Made by a program: the position numbers and the translations under genes. This document shows, in pieces, positions 25,200-36,907 of a stretch of 64,000 nucleotides of DNA. Location of the stretch: positions 158,348,001-158,412,000 of the forward strand of contig NC_042998.1 of NCBI RefSeq assembly GCF_006345805.1, in the 5' to 3' direction. Source of the stretch: Octopus sinensis (lineage: Eukaryota). Under the pieces are notes generated by a model. The model was not told the origin of the DNA, made no database searches, and worked only from the letters and a program-made list of their open reading frames with translations. How positions within the stretch are numbered: the first letter of the stretch is position 1; the number at the start of each line of letters is the position of its first letter.

Positions 25200-25550
25200 T
25201 TACTAATGTTGTGCTTTGCAACCACGTGACTTTGGGTTCAGTTCCAGTTAGCATCACCTTCGGCAAGTGTCTTCTACTATAGCTCTTGTACCTTGTCTTG
25301 AATTTGGTAGACACAAACCGTTTTACGTATATGTCTGTATGTCTGTATGTGTGTGTGTTTGTATATATGTTTGTGTGTGCTTGTGCCTGCGTTTGCTCCT
25401 CCCACCGCTAGATAACCGGTGATGGTTTGTTTATATTCCCGTAAGTTAACGGTTCGGCAAAAGTGACTGGTAGATTAAGTAGCAGACTTTAAAAAAGCAA
25501 GCACTTCAAGATGGTTCAAAGAATGACACAAGTAAAAGATAAGGAATAAA
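25200..25550 (+). mobile_element. Diverged tRNA SINE (second family)
   Basis: aaccacgtgactttgggttcagttcca..caccttcggcaagtgtcttctactatagc, a decayed version of the head seen at 52150. Confidence 0.8.
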
Positions 25551-25558
25551 AGGTAATG

Positions 25559-25603
<45 letters not shown>

Positions 25604-26159
25604 CACACACACACACATGTATGTATGTATGTATGTATGTATGTATGTATGTATGTATGTACATTCACACACAAACACGCATACATATATGGCGATCATT
25701 CTCTCGATTTCAACCAATCAAACAGAAAAATCCAACTTCTATTTACTCTCGAAGAAGGAATTGGAGGAGAAGTATGGCTACTTTGTCGACGGATAGGATA
25801 TATAAAATAGTGCTTCTGATTTCAAGAACGAGAAAGACATAAGTAACCTCCGGGGTCGCACAACTACCCACATACAGCTTCATCAGTATATTGGATCACA
25901 GTCAGAGATGCTGACGCAGACCTCAATTCATTGTTTGTCGCCACCTTTGAGAAACTCTGAGGGCTTATGGTGAGTGGAGAGCGTACCTCAGTCAATATTT
26001 GGTCGAGTAAGCTATGTCTAGACATCATGATTCTAATGATTCAAGAGACCACAAGGAAATTTCGAAACTATATTTCACTGACAGATTGGCGCAAGGTTGG
26101 TGATTCAGCGCGAAAAACCCAGTTGCTAAATATGTGATAGTAAAAGTCACTTAAAAGCT

Positions 26160-26670
26160 TTTGCTCTGTTTTATAAACCAGAGCAATGTGAAAAACAAAA
26201 TTGATTCCGATAGTTCTTGAACGCAGAACGTAATATTCTTTCTGTGTTTGGCAAAAGGTAAGGAATCTTGACGGGTGGGGAAGTCGATTACATCGACTAT
26301 ACTGCTGAACTGATATTTATTTTATCGATCCCGAAAGGATGAAAGACAAAGTTGACCACGGTGATGTTTGAACTCAGAACTTAAAAACGAACGAAACATT
26401 GCGAGGCATTTTTTCCGGCGAGCACACGATTCTGCCAAGCTCGCAGCCTCAAGAAATAATATAATAATCCTCTCTACTACAGGCACGAGGCCTGAAATTA
26501 GTGGGAGGGGCTAGTCTATTACATCGACCCCAGGGTTTCACTGGTACTTAATTTATCAACTGAAAGGCAAAGTCGACCTCAGCAGCGTTTGAACTAGGAA
26601 CGGGAAATGAAACAAAACGCCGTCAAACATTTTGTCCCGCGTGCTCACAATTCTACTAGCTTTTCGCTTC
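26160..26670 (-). mobile_element. Cluster of 2-3 Meta/MESC-like SINEs
   Basis: gatcccgaaaggatgaaagacaaagttgacc; aaaggcaaagtcgacctc. Confidence 0.8.
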
Positions 26671-27551
26671 AAATGATGATAACAACAACAATAGTGTTTT
26701 TCAAAGTTTTAGTTGTCTTTATTGTAGTTGTTTTTGTTGTCTTTATTATAGCTGTTGTTTTTGCTGTTGTTTCATGTCCAACCAAATAGTTTGATGTTTC
26801 AAAAACGCTGGAAAATGTTTTTTTTCCCCCATCTAAAGTTTTCTAATTTCTTTCTTTTTTTTTGTTAATAATTTAATACGATTGTCAGTGTGTGTTCGTT
26901 GTTTTGCTGTTTTGTTGTTGTTGTAGATAATTATGATGATAATGATGATGATTCTATACTTGTGATGCTGGTAGTGTCGGCGGCTATCGTTGTCATCATG
27001 ATCGTTGTCGATAGGCTGTGGTTTTTTATACGACAGGGATGTTGATGAGGCAGGTGAACGAAGCAAATTGAACGACAAGAAAGGATTCATTGCAGGGAAG
27101 AAGGCAGAGCAGCTTGAAAGAAATAGACGGAGTTGATTGTAGTTAATGGGTGTGGTGGTTGTGGAGGCGGCAGTAGTGATATTGATTGTCGTCGTGGTGA
27201 AGATAGTAAGCGACTTTGATAGTAGCGGTAGTGATACTAATGTCGGTGACGGTGTTAGTTGGAGATACGGTGATGGTAGCTGATGTTGTTGATATAAATT
27301 TTGGTCTTGAGATGATGAAGGTGATGATGATGGAAGTGGCGGTAGTGGCAGTGGTGAATAATAATCAAATATAGATGCGAAGTTAAAGCTTGATGATGAA
27401 AGATCTCATCTCATTTCAATGTAAAAGGAGACATTGATGCAAAGTAGAGATAGCAAAATACAGAAGACGAGAAGGGACGAGAGATTGCGGTGGGTGTAAT
27501 TGCTGTAAAGGAGAATATATCTCGTGTGTGTATGCATATATATATATATAT

Positions 27552-27585
<34 letters not shown>

Positions 27586-27787
27586 ATATATGTATGTATG
27601 TATGTGTGTGTGTGTATGTATGTATGTATGTATGTATGTATGTATGTATGTATGTATGTATGTATGTATGTATATAAGCAGTAGTCCCCCGGCATTCGCG
27701 GGGGGTTACCTTCCTAGAGGACCTGCGGATAGTGACAATCTGCGAATATTAGATGTGGTCCACAAAAAATGCCTATAACATTATATA

Positions 27788-27872
<85 letters not shown>

Positions 27873-28234
27873 CATTGTAATTCGCTTGAAGCATTGTGTA
27901 TTGGTTGTAGAATAAAAAGTGTCTTAAATCGTACAACAATGCACTATAATAATAACAATGGACTAAAATAACTGTTATAATTTAATTATCCATAGTCTGA
28001 TATAATAATATTTCGGAATACAAAATTCCTTCTTCAGGTGCGTGAAGGAATTGTTCGAGTCACTGCTTTAATCGGTTTTCCAACGGTTACTGGAATTTTT
28101 TTTCTAGAAGCGTCTCTGCAGTGGACTCACGAAGCTCGTTGCGGAATTCCTTACGAGAAGTGCGTGAGCGACCATGTCTCAAGCTCGTATGCGTTGGCAC
28201 ATACACAGCGCTGCTTCTAAGTTATGTATTATAA

Positions 28235-29059
28235 GTGCAGTTCTTTTATTCTTATTTTTGAAGGCCCTCGGGTTGGCGGACTTGTAGATAAGTCTTGGTT
28301 TCACCATGAAGACAGCAGCATTACCACATATAATTAGCATCACCCTGACCTTTTGTGCCTTAAATCCTGGGTCTCTAGCTTCATCCTTCATGATTTACGT
28401 TCTGGAAGGCATTTTCCTCCAGAACAAGTCAGTCTCGTTCATACTGAAAGCCTGTTCCGGTTTGTATCCCTTGTCCTTGATGATCTACCAGAAGGTCTCG
28501 AGGTACTTCTCGGCGGCTTTTTTGTCAACTGATGCTTTCTCTCCACGCAGGGAAACACACTTTATTTTAAACTGTTTCTGCAAACGGTTAAACCATCCCT
28601 TGCTAGTTTGAAAATATTCCGGCTGCGGTGCTGTCAATGGTCTTCGTTGCTGTTTTCGGTGCCTTCTGATCCGTCTCCTCTGTCGAACTGCTGATATAAT
28701 TTCCTCGCTTTCTCGCGGATGATGTTACCGCTCAAGGAGCTGTTTTTCTTCTTGCAGTCACTGATCCACAATGCCAAGGCAGATTCTACCCTGACGAAGT
28801 GCTTATTACTCACTATCATTATCTTTTTGGCACTTTCACAGAAACTTACTGCTATGGCAGTCCTGATCGCCACCTCGTTCTTCTTTATGTAGCGTATGGT
28901 GCTTTTGTTGACAAGATAATAGCTACCTACTACAGCATAACTTTTACCTTACCGGTACATATCCGGCAATTGTGTCTTCTCGTGGAGTGTCATAACCTTT
29001 TTCTGGCGCTTAGGTTTACCGCCAGAAACCTTCGAATATGTAGGGCGCTTGAGTGGCAT
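28235..29059 (-). pseudogene. Tigger (TIGD1-like) transposase remnant
   Basis: MPLKRPT..KKVMTLHEK (HTH), VESALALWISDC..IIREKARKLY (CENP-B HTH), SKGWFNR, NETDLFWRKMPSRT, PGFKAQK, IYKSANPRAFKNK. Stops and frameshifts; C-terminal DDE part deleted. Confidence 0.88.
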
Positions 29060-29277
29060 CTTAGGGCTTTAATAACGCACAGCGAAAAACACAGCATTCA
29101 ACAAAATACTGGAAATAGTTACTGGACAGCAGTTTTTCTAAAAAAAAAAAACAGCAAAAATCTTCATTGCGTCATATATATGCATACCACCAATGGGAGA
29201 TTGAGCAGAGATTGAAAATAATTATGGTTTTGAAAAATTTAGTTTCTATTACCACTAGATACAGTAATTTATAATAC

Positions 29278-29292
29278 GATGATGATGAGATG

Positions 29293-29324
<32 letters not shown>

Positions 29325-29340
29325 GAGGATAATAATAAAA

Positions 29341-29373
<33 letters not shown>

Positions 29374-29394
29374 TATAATAATAACAGTAATAAC

Positions 29395-29456
<62 letters not shown>

Positions 29457-29472
29457 CAATAATAATAATATA
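29278..29472. repeat. (GAT)n/(AAT)n microsatellite, target of the Dong insertion
   Basis: Direct reading. (AAT)n resumes at 32461-32529. Confidence 0.95.
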
Positions 29473-32460
29473 ACATCCAAAACAAAATACAAAAAATGAG
29501 AAAAGATCTGTCGATTCTTAATGAAATCAGCAGACAATCAACGCTACTGAGCAACAAAAAGAAAACAAAAATACTCCGCAAATATAACAAAGGTGATGCT
29601 AACTGGAACTGAACCCAAAGTCACGTGGTTGCAAAGCACAACATTAGTAAGATTTACCTGAGATAAAAGAAAAGCTGAATCAAGATATCCTAGCCAAAGC
29701 ACAAAGGATCCGCCGGTACGAGAAACGCCAGCGCTTTTTTGAACAAAACAAAAAGTTCAACTCCAACCCCAAAAAGTTCTACCAAGAACTTGGCAAAAAT
29801 AAAATAGAAATTACTGCAGCACCAATGGCAGAAGAAGTGGAAGAATTCTGGAGAGAAATATGGTCGGCGAACGAACAACCAAAAAAAAGGAGTATCAAAA
29901 TAACAAACTCGGCATCTGAACAACTTTGGACCCCCATAACAACTGAAGAGGTCACACAGGCATTGCAAAGACTAAGCAACTGGAAGGCACCTGGGCATGA
30001 CAAGATCCCCAACTTCTGGTTGAAATATCTAACAGGAATGCACAAAAAGCTGGCTGAAAGCTTTAACAACATACTAGCAGAGCCAGAGACAATGCCTGAA
30101 TGGCTCACGAAGGGGAAAACCATCTTAATTCCCAAATCAAATGAGACAGCAAAACCAGAAAACTACAGACCAATAACCTGTCTCCCTACAATGTTCAAGG
30201 CATTTACTGCAGTGATATCGCAAAGGTTGAACAAGCACCTGGACGAAAACAAACTGTTCCCAGAAGAGCAGAAAGGATGCCGCAAAGGCTCATATGGCTG
30301 TAAAGATCAACTAATGATTAATAAAGCCATAACTGAAGACAGCCACAGAAAGAAGAAAGGCCTCAGTATGGCCTGGATCGACTACAAAAAGGCGTTTGAT
30401 AGCATCCCCCACACATGGATCCTCGAAACACTAGCCATTAACAAAGTAGCACCAACAATCATAAAATTCATAGGGCACTCTATGAATAAATAGCAAACAG
30501 TGCTACAGCTCCAAACAAAAGAGGGACTCATGAAAACCAAAGACATCTCCATTAGAAGAGGAATATTCCAGGGAGACACGCTCTCTCCACTCCTTTTCTG
30601 CTTGGCACTGTCACCCCTATCTGATATGCTAAATAGAACTGGATGCGGATATAAATATTACGGCAAAACGATCAGCCACCTTTTATATATGGATGACCTA
30701 AAACAATACGCTGCAAATGACAAACAGCTGGAAACACTATTAAAGACATTTCATGGATTTACCAAAGAAATAGATATGAAATTTGGATTAGAAAAATGCG
30801 CCAAAGTAACTCTGAAAAGAGGAAAACTAGTTAAGAGTAGCAACATCACACTAGATAAAACCAATGAAATAAAAGAATTAGACCAAAGCCAAACTTACAA
30901 ATACTTAGGAATCCATGAACTAAATAAGACACAACACACACAAATGAAAGAGAAATTAAAAAACGAATATTATAGACGAGTTAGATCAATACTAAAAACA
31001 GAGCTCAATGCTATAAACAAGATAATAGGTATTAACACTTTAGCTGTCCCAGTTATAAGTTACAGCTACAATATCCTTAACTGGCCACTAAATGAACTGA
31101 CCAAAATAGATAGGAAAACAAGAAAAATAATGACAGGATCTAGGATGCATCACCCAAAATCTGACATAGAAAGACTATATATACAACGTATAGAAGGTGG
31201 TAGGGGCCTTATACAACTGGAAAACTACTATAAAATAACCACCATAGGATTGCAAAAATATCTACTTCAGAAGGAAGGAAAGCTAATACAAATAGCGGCA
31301 AAACACGAGCAAAACAAAAAAAACTGTTCTCAGTATTTAAGGAAGCTGACAATACAAACAAGAAATCATACCACCTAATAAATATGAAGAAGAAGAAGAA
31401 GAAGAAGAAGAAGAAGAAGAAGAAGAAGAAGAGAAGAAGAAGAAGAAGAAGAAGAAAAGAAGAAGAAGAAGAAGAAGAAGAAGAAGAAGAAGAAGAAGAA
31501 AGAAGAAGAAGAAGAAGAAGAAGAAGAAACAACAAAAGCTATAAACAAATGAATCCAAACTAAAAATAGAACAGCAACGAACCATGATAAAACGATGGCA
31601 AGAAAAGCCCCTTCATGGTAAATACTGGACTAAACTAAACGCAAAAGAAATAGACAAAGAAAAATCCCAGCAATGGTTGAGAAGCTCAGGACTCAAAGCA
31701 GAAACAGAGGGATTTTTAATTGCAGCACAAGACCAAAGCCTCCCCACCAGAAATTACCAAAAACATGTAATGAAAAGAAATATAACAAGTAACTGCAGAA
31801 TATGTGGAGATGGACAAGAAACAATAAATCATATTATCTCTAGCTGCCCAGTCCTGGCTAAGAAGGAATATATTCACAGACATGATAGAGTTGGAACCTA
31901 CATACATAGGAAGCTATACCAACATTATGGAATAACAACAGAAAAAAGATGGTATAGGCACACACCAGAAAAGGTCACAGAAAACGAGAAAGCAACCATA
32001 CTCTGGAATATGCCGATACACACAGATAGAGAAATTAAGGCCAACAGGCCAGATATAGTTGTCAAAGATCATGAAGGAAAAAAATGCTTTCTAATTGATG
32101 TATCAATACCGGCTGATGACAACGTGTCTCTAAAAGAAATGGAGAAACTCTCAAAATACAAAGACCTAGAAATAGAGGTAACCAGAATGTGGAATCTAAA
32201 AACAGAAACAATTCCTATCATAGTAAGTGCATTAGGCATGATAAAAAAATATTCAGACAAATACATAACAAAAACACCAGGACTTACAAACACATATAAC
32301 ATACAGAAAATTGCACTACTAGGCACTGCACACATCCTACGCAGAACACTTTCCATACAATAACCATCAGAGCATCACAACAAATCACAGCACATACCCA
32401 AGGCACACAGAGCTGCGCTCGGTAGTGAAGTGAAAGCACGCTATAAAAATAAAACTACTG
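29472..32460 (+). mobile_element. R4/Dong-clade RLE non-LTR retrotransposon, 5'-truncated, lightly mutated
   Basis: RT motifs WKAPGHD, NYRPITCL, WIDYKKAFDS, GIFQGDTLSPLLF, YMDD, YKYLG. CCHC CRICGDGQETINHIISSC, RHD. RLE RPDIVV..LIDVSIP..KLSKY. TAG at 30491-30493, frameshift at ~31320. (AAT)n on both sides. Confidence 0.95.
31386..31528 (+). repeat. (GAA)n expansion inside the Dong ORF
   Basis: Direct reading. Confidence 0.95.
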
Positions 32461-32461
32461 A

Positions 32462-32529
<68 letters not shown>

Positions 32530-33369
32530 GAGAGAGAGCAAGTAACCTAATTTCACGACCTTAAAATTTTCCTGTTGTAATAAATATTGAGTGTGATCAA
32601 ATATAGCGATGATTTTAAAAATAGCGCTGGTAGTCGCTATACTAATTTGCAAGCTTTAATTGAAAGCAGGAATAAGAGATACAAGATACAATGTACCTGT
32701 ATCTAAAATAAATCAATCGATGTGATTTGCGGTTAGTCTAATCAGAGGGACTTTCAGCTGCGAAGGGGCGTCCAGTAAACCGACAAATACGGTATATTAT
32801 TATTAATAGTTTAACCTGGAAAATTGTGAATATGTGGTGGTTTCCGTGAACAATTATTAGGTTCGCGAATAACCGGGAGCGTGAATGCCGATCCGTGAAT
32901 AAGTGGGGGTACACTGTGTATATAACCCACCCCTAAACATTCCAACCCACCATCCCTATACATCCCATCCCCACCCCATTCCTTAGACCCACCCTTGCTT
33001 CCCCCACTCTCGACCCCCACACTCCAGCACCAGCACACCACACACCACCACACACCACCACCACACCACACGCTACCACACCACACACCACTATACCACA
33101 CAACACCACACCACACAACATCACACCACCCCGCACACACTAGCACTGACCACTTCCCAGCACCTACAACATCATCCACGCACCTACACATGCACACACG
33201 CACACGTCAACGTCACCAGCCCCTTTCGACAGCCACATACATAAGCACTCGCACCTTCATTTTGGGATCACCACCACTATATTATGTCCCCTTCTTTCTA
33301 GCCTCGTGTGTGACCCCTCTATCCGGCAGTCGCCATGATAGATCGTTAGCTACTAAACCTTTTATTTTT

Positions 33370-33720
33370 GTGTTCTTTTCTGTCGAAGAGCGTAGGCTCG
33401 AAACGTACATACATATATACAAAACGTGGACAAACATACAAACATACATACATATAAAACGTGAACACTATGAGAAACGAGAACATAAAAAACAAAATTA
33501 TAGAAAACGAATTTTTTTTCGAACAACGAAAAAAAAAACAGACGAACGAGACTTGCAACATAAAGAACATTCCCTTCATCAGTTGTCCTATGCTTTATCT
33601 CCGCGTAGATAAACCTGGGGACAGCTGATGAGGGGAATATTGTTTATGTTGCATGTCTCGTTTCTCATTTTGTCTACGTTTTTTTTTATGTCCTGTACCC
33701 ATATATGCATGTATATATAC
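33370..33720. mobile_element. Penelope-like pLTR fragments with an inverted pair and degenerate hammerhead-like motifs (related pieces at ~48740-48910 and ~49600-49720)
   Basis: tcgaaga-gcgtaggctc-gaaacgta. 33545-33588 is an imperfect inverted copy of 33619-33662 (contains ctgatga). Confidence 0.55.
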
Positions 33721-33902
33721 ATATATATGTATGTATATACATATTAGGATGTATATATACGTATATTTATATATTATTTATATTATATTATATATATATA
33801 TATATATATAATATATATATATATAATATATATATATATGCATATATATATATCATGTACTGAACCGTGATAGGAAATTCAACAAAAACGTGAGAGATAA
33901 AT

Positions 33903-34509
33903 ATTATTATTTAAAAGTCACAATACATGTACTAAAGAGCTACAAATAGTTTCATATGTTGAGAGACTCAAACATATTCTTCAGGTTCAAACCACATATC
34001 ATAACGAACTAAGTAATTGAATAACTAGAAGAAACGCAATGATGCTGGAAATCCATACCTTATGTAAATGGATAGAAAAAAGTAGACTTTGTTTGACTGA
34101 AAGAGCGCAGATCCTGTTCAGATCCAAGATCCCTTACTTTCTATTGAACTCCATGTCAGAAATTTTCAGTGGTTGCATGCATATGTATAAATATATTATA
34201 AAGAATTGGAAAATTCCGCCTATCCCTGACTGACTTGATATCTTTCAAGCCTTAACATTTAAGGCTTAAGGAGGATAGCACATTTTACCTTTTGACACTT
34301 TAGTTTCGTTTTCTGCTGTTCGTTTTCCGTTGTTTACTGTCTGAGTTTTCTATATGCTGCCTTCTCAGCATCATTGCGTTTCTTCTATTTGTTTAATTTT
34401 TTAGTTATTATATGTGGTTTGAACATGAAGAATGTATTTGAGTTCTCTCAACATATGAAAATATTAGTAGAGCTTTAATACATGTATTGTGAACTTTGAA
34501 TAATAATAA
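33903..34509. mobile_element. Penelope-like remnant with ~100-bp inverted pLTR pieces
   Basis: 33903-34005 and 34404-34509 are imperfect inverted copies, each with a hammerhead-like core. Confidence 0.65.
33937..33988 (-). ncRNA. Minimal type I hammerhead ribozyme-like motif
   Basis: gaac-CUGAAGA-auauguu..aacauau-GAAAC-uauuu-GUA-gcuc. 7-bp stem II, weak stem I. Confidence 0.6.
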
Positions 34510-34571
34510 TAATATATAATAATATAATAATAATAATATAATAATAATATAATATAATAATAATAATAATA

Positions 34572-34626
<55 letters not shown>

Positions 34627-34627
34627 G

Positions 34628-34735
34628 TGGAACAAATTGGGGCTGCAATAAAGGTGGAGCACTTGAAGAAAATACTCCGAAGGTGCTAAAATAATAAGAG
34701 GTGTTACCTTAGTTCACTGGTAGTGAACAGCTACT
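34628..34735 (+). mobile_element. Short 3' fragment of the R4/Dong family seen at 18030-18545
   Basis: attggggctgcaataaaggtggagcacttg..actccgaaggtgcta..gtgttacctta directly after (AAT)n. Confidence 0.6.
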
Positions 34736-34765
34736 AATATATATATATATATATTATATTATATA

Positions 34766-34809
<44 letters not shown>

Positions 34810-34993
34810 GCATACATACAACAAATACATGCATACATACATACAAACATACATACAACATCATACATACATACATACATACATACATACATACATACAT
34901 ACATACATACATACATACGAAGTAAAGAATGGAGAGTTAATAGAAAGTATTTTCTTCATATTAGACTCCAATACATATTTCTATTCTATACAT

Positions 34994-35062
<69 letters not shown>

Positions 35063-35069
35063 ATTATTA

Positions 35070-35106
<37 letters not shown>

Positions 35107-35751
35107 GTCTGTCTGTCTATCTATTAACCGTTATTAGCCTACAGCGCTTTTAGATATATGAAGTAATGTGCCCAGTACTTTCTTAGTGATTTACTCCACA
35201 GCATAAATGAACTGAATTTCTAACTGGTTAGAATTGCTATGCCTAAACGAAATCATAACATACATATGAGTTTGTGCGTGTGTGTATGTGTGTGTGTATC
35301 TGTGTGCACGTGCGTGTATGGTTGAGTATGACACAAAGGCATGTATCATATACATAATTCCCAAGCCACATTAGCCCCAATATGTGACCAGATTTAATTC
35401 ATGTCACAGGTAAAGTCTATTCCAAAGTAAGCTTTGTGTGCACCCAAGGTTGTAGAAATATTTGGTTAAGATATCATATAATAAGATTAAGAGAGAGAGA
35501 GAGTGAGAGAGAGAGAGAGAGGTGGAGAGACAAAGAGAAAATCCATAACCAACTTGTTGTGTGTGTGTCCGCTTCATAAAATTAAGTTTCTCCTCGATCA
35601 TTTTTATCGATTTTGTTGGATTGCGATAGATTTAAATGTGAACGCTAACAAAGGTTCTTTATTTATGTCTAATGTTTTAGAATTATATAGAATTAATTCT
35701 GGAAATATCGGAATTCGTCACATAATGCTGGCATCATTTAATATTGCTAGC

Positions 35752-35945
35752 AAATTTTGGCACAAGGTTAACAGTTTCGGAGAATGGGGGCAAGATGATT
35801 ACAGCGATCCTAGTGCTCAGCTGGTACTTAATTCATCGACTCCGAAAGGATGAAAAGCAAAGTCGACCTTGGCGGAATTTAAACTCAGAGCGTAAAGACG
35901 AAGCATTTTTCCGGAGAGTTAACGATTCTGCCAGCTTGCCGCCTT
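35752..35945 (-). mobile_element. Meta/MESC-like SINE
   Basis: ctggtacttaattcatcgactccgaaaggatgaaaagcaaagtcgacctt. Confidence 0.85.
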
Positions 35946-36815
35946 AGTTTCGTTTGATATTACTAAATAATTTATTAATTTATGATTGTTGTAGATGTTG
36001 TTTAGCACTTTATCAGCTCTGATCTATCTCATCTGTGATTAAAGGTGTTTCCAGCTGTGACCTTCTTGTCTTTTGTTTTTTCTGGCACACCATGCCTTGA
36101 ACTACTAACACAGACGCTAGTGTGCGATTGGAAGGATATTTGGATGATATCGCTAGCAAGTCGAGAATCAATGTTGCGGTTTCTACGCGGCTTATTCGGT
36201 TCAAAGTAGTGTTAGCCCGTAACAGAAATAATATCATATTCAACCACATGTTTTCCTTTCATTCTCACATATCACTTGTCACTTAAACGCCATTTTATGT
36301 TCTGGAAAAGTTATGGTGAGACAAAGTGTACGAATGAATGAAATTGCAGTCAATTCATATCAATCAATCGAGATGTTGTCTCCACGCAACCTTTCTCTGT
36401 TTCCAATCAATATCGTGTTTTTTTTTTACATTGCAGTAGAACGTGAATTATTACAATGTGACATTTGAAAATGAAGCTAAAAGTACTTTAAACATTAACC
36501 CATATCTGGCTAATTATATCAGCAAAGCCTTTCTATAAGTCCTACAAACTTGAATCATTTCACTATGTCACTCTTCGGTTTTTTGCTGTCTTCCCCTTAT
36601 TATTAGAATAGAGACACTAACCTGCTATACCAATCTCGCTTGGAGCAGGAGCACACACGAGGACGGGAAGTTTTATTGAAGAGGTCACAGGTGTGTGACA
36701 AAAGATTTCTGGACAATGGACATGAGTTTAAAATAAGAACAGTAACAAACGAGTGAAGAACAAAAATAGAGTGCATGAGTTTATTTACCATAAAAAGACC
36801 ACCCCGAAATACAAC

Positions 36816-36879
<64 letters not shown>

Positions 36880-36907
36880 ACACACATATATATATATATA
36901 TATATAT

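Larger units (their letters stand above)
27679..32916 (-). mobile_element. Tigger/pogo DNA transposon, degenerate, interrupted by (AAT)n and a Dong element
   Basis: Imperfect termini CAGTAGTCCCCCGGCATTCGCGG ... CCGTGAATAAGTGGGGGTACACTG with a transposase remnant inside. That both ends belong to one element is inferred. Confidence 0.65.

Noticed and set aside
25846-25950. Cadherin-like peptide VYWITVRDADADLNS
   Set aside because: Short frame bounded by stops, lacks the DxDxGxN glycine and other cadherin motifs, and has no acceptor site.
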